From: Yuukianura sp. NJ FZ-2021
Taxonomy: Eukaryota
Length of the DNA: 64,000 bases
NCBI GenBank assembly: GCA_046563655.1
Contig: CM102286.1
Span: 1,550,001 to 1,614,000, forward strand
Reading direction: 5' to 3'
This document shows positions 60,950-64,000 of the stretch, in pieces; within the stretch, counting starts at the first letter, position 1, and every line of letters starts with the position of its first letter. Under the pieces are notes generated by a model, which worked only from the letters and a program-made list of their open reading frames with translations, did no database searches and was not told where the DNA came from. The position numbers were made by a program, and so were the translations under genes.

Positions 60950-63727
60950 ATGAACAAATTTTCGTTATTTTTTGTCGTCGGTGGGACAGTGGCTTTAGCC
61001 CTGTCGATGGTCATGGGTTGGTTGGGCGTTCCGCATATCATCAAAAGTCAAATCAAAAAGGTAATGCAAAAATTTCATTCTCAAATCAAAAGTCAAATTG
61101 AAAAAGTATGTACTTCAAAAATTTAATTTGAAAATACCACTTTTTAAAAGCGATTTGTGTCTCTGATATTGTATATTCGAATCTGTTCTTCAACCTATTG
61201 AACCCATTGGAACTATGAGCTCATCTGTAAAATTCTTTTCTTAAAAAAGTTTTTTTTAACTGGGTTTTTCAAAAATAAAATCTTGGCTTTCTAATTTCTA
61301 GTGTTAATAAGAGGTGTTTAGTCACCTTAAAAAAATTGTGGCTTGAAAAGTTGAAGCTGACCAACTTTTCAAAATGAATTGGTGGATCATTGTTCAAATT
61401 TTTCATCACTTTATTTGGCTCCCCTTGTAGCCAAAATCATTTTCTTGGCTCACTAAAGAGCAAAGTCATAGGAAAAAGTACAATTGATGACTCTGGCATA
61501 TTTATGAGCATGACAAAGCCATTTTGGGAAAAAATACTCAAGAATTTTTTAATTTTTCAAAAAAAAATTGACAGTGAGCTACTGCTTAATCCATAAAAGT
61601 AGGAAAAAATGAAATTCATTTTTCAAAAATAACGTTTAGTCTCCAAGAGTTCGACACCTTGGTTTTCTTTTTTTGGTATTTTCTTATAATAAATTATTGC
61701 AAAAAGGAGAGGTATCATAATTTTTGTTAAGGTTTTTTTTTACAATTTTCAAAAATATGGGTGTCATTTGCCACATTGTTATCAATAACGCCTAGTAGAA
61801 AAAAAAACCAAAGTGGCTGAACTGTAAATGTTCATAAAATTTTATGACTCAATCAATATCAAATTGGAATAAGGACGTTTGAATTCGAAGCGGGATTTTT
61901 TTTATTTCGCCAATCGGATTCTGGGAATTGAAGGGAGTGAGAAGTGTATGGCCTAATTGCAGGTTATTCAAAATTTTGCACTTGGAAAAAAGATTTATTA
62001 CTACTCGGGTAATGTTTTGGTGCAAAACCGCCTTTTACTGTTGTTCGACTGGCCTTGGTTAGGATTCTGCAAGTTCTAACTGAGTTTTGGCACAAAACGC
62101 GGCGGATTTCAAAGTTGCAAAAACGTATTTTTGTGTCAAGTTCCCACGGTGCACATGGGATTCCGTTGTATCATACTCGTGTTTGGTGTTGTACCTTTTC
62201 GCAACTTTTTTGAAACTTGTTTCAAATTAAGAATGTTTCAATTTTTTTCAAAAAACTTCAATTTCTTGCCTTGCGTTTTGAAATCTTGCCCAGCGTGTCA
62301 TATTTCACAGGGCAATGACTTTAATTTAAAGTTACAAAACATAATTTATTGCTTCGTTGATTCAATTTATGACTTAATTTTCAAAATTATGTCAACTGCT
62401 TTTTTTGAAAATAATGTGTACTGTTATTTCAAAACTAACCGACCTTGAGCTGGACTAAAAACTTATTATGTTAAACATTCATCTTCTAGGTAATTTGGTT
62501 TTCATTTGAAATGTCAAAGGTCACGGTAAATTCTGAGCGGTTCTTACCGAACTCGGTTACACTTTTTGCGAACTTCGTTTTTTTTGGTACTGTTACATTA
62601 CATGTCATGTTCTTGTCGTGTTAGTAGCTCTGACAAGGCAGCGTGAAATGAAAGGCATGCCATTAAGCTCAATCCGCTCCAAGCCAATTTCCAAATCTAC
62701 TTTGCAATTAATCCTCGCATCCGTAAAAATTCAATTACGGTCATTTGAAGTTTGCTTCCGAAACTGTGCCAAGTGAAATCGTGTCACCTCAAACAATAAA
62801 CGTTTCTTTCTAAGCTCATTTTGTTCTTCTAAATGCCTTTTTGAAAATGAGGTTACAGAAACTCAACATTTTGACAAGCGTCACTCAATTCAAAATATTT
62901 CCTCACTAAAATTTGAAATGTGCAAAAATTTGCCGATTTTCAATTTATTGCTTTTACGTTTTTACTTATTTGTAAAAACTCGAACTTAAACATGATACAC
63001 GAGTTCTCACCTCCGAGGTCAGGAAAAACTCATAAAAATTAAACCTGTTTTTTGAATTTCCAATTTATTGCCATAAATTTATCATCGCAATGGCCAATGA
63101 CATTTGTTAATTGTTCACTGAATCTACAAGACAAGCTACACGCTACGCTTCACTTACACGTCAATGCTGTTGTTTTTGGTGTAAAAACTTGAAAAAAATG
63201 GACCACCTTGTTTAAACAATCTCAAATTGATTTTTGGCTCCAACTTTCAAACATAAAAAAACAAGACGCCACACGAAAACAAAATTTATTGGCAGAAAAG
63301 CAATTTTTGTTGAAAGAAATGTTTAATCGTTTTGCCAATTCAAACACCGACGCTGTTCGTCAAGGTTAAATATAATTTTGAGAAAAAAAAACAGAGAGGA
63401 AGAGGGAAATTTTAAATATTTGATGAACATTCCATAAAACACAAAGTCAAACTCGAAAAGCTATACTTTTAATTGACTTTGATTGCTTAATTTCTTGTTT
63501 TACATGTTCTTCTTTTTTGAATTTCTGTTCAAAAATTATGAATTTGTGATTTGTGTATAATTTCAGAATGCTCGGCTCATCAAAGGGCGGGACACGTTCA
63601 ATCTATGGAGAGGCGCATCGACTATGGCGGGTATCACGAAATTCTACATCTTCAATGTCACTAACCCGGACGAAGTTAAGGACGGTGGCAAGGCCAAATT
63701 GGAACAACTTGGACCATATACTTACGA
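60950..63727 (+). CDS. Second CD36/SR-B family gene, 5' part (exons 60950-61060, 63567-63727; continues beyond window)
   Basis: Exon 1 encodes MNKFSLFFVVGGTVALALSMVMGWLGVPHIIKSQIKK and ends at |GTAATG. Exon 2 encodes NARLIKGRDTFNLW..TKFYIFNVTNPDEVKDGGKAKLEQLGPYTY. Intron positions and phases match the first CD36 gene. Confidence 0.88.
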
Positions 63728-64000
63728 GTAACTGCTTTTCTATCTATTTTTTCAAAAGAATGGCGCCAAAAGACAAGAAATTTAAACTGTTTCATCTCGG
63801 TTTTTGATAAAAAAAGAGGCATTCCGCACTTTCTTGTGCTTTATTGAACTGGCTTTTTGCCGTGTCAAGTGGTATACTTATGCACTTTACTCATACTCAT
63901 TCTCATTCTCATAAAAACTTTTCAGAAAAAAATTTTTTTGTGAAAAAAAATGAAAAAAGTGGAATTTCATTAGGGTTCACTTTTTTCAATGCCCACCAAA

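Noticed and set aside
1..64000. tRNA, rRNA, transposase or prokaryotic operon-type systems
   Set aside because: None were recognised by eye. A tRNAscan-SE/Infernal run would be needed to exclude small RNAs.

Overview
AT-rich, intron-dense animal genomic DNA with mostly 60-90 nt introns. The gene set suggests a non-insect arthropod, possibly a springtail or other basal hexapod (inference only). Thirteen spliced protein-coding genes were reconstructed by hand: a divergent Shaker/Kv1-type channel, two CD36/SR-B receptors (one runs off the window), a secreted Cys-motif precursor with furin-type sites, an 8-Kunitz mosaic inhibitor, a GH19 chitinase, an ER-retained carboxylesterase, SMYD4, a cadherin-23-like cadherin, BRI3, an orphan Pro-rich protein, a DUF4786-like protein and a P2X receptor. 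Three non-autonomous DNA-transposon families are present. One hAT-type MITE has a perfect 8-bp target-site duplication and carries a ~750-bp 11-mer minisatellite. The most striking feature is the Kv gene. Its ORF is intact, yet it naturally carries the Shaker W434F-equivalent change, a broken filter (TTTGYDRND instead of TTVGYGD) and a neutralised S4 R3. It is a candidate silent, dominant-negative or non-selective subunit. Exon boundaries were read by eye, and no database searches or alignments were run.
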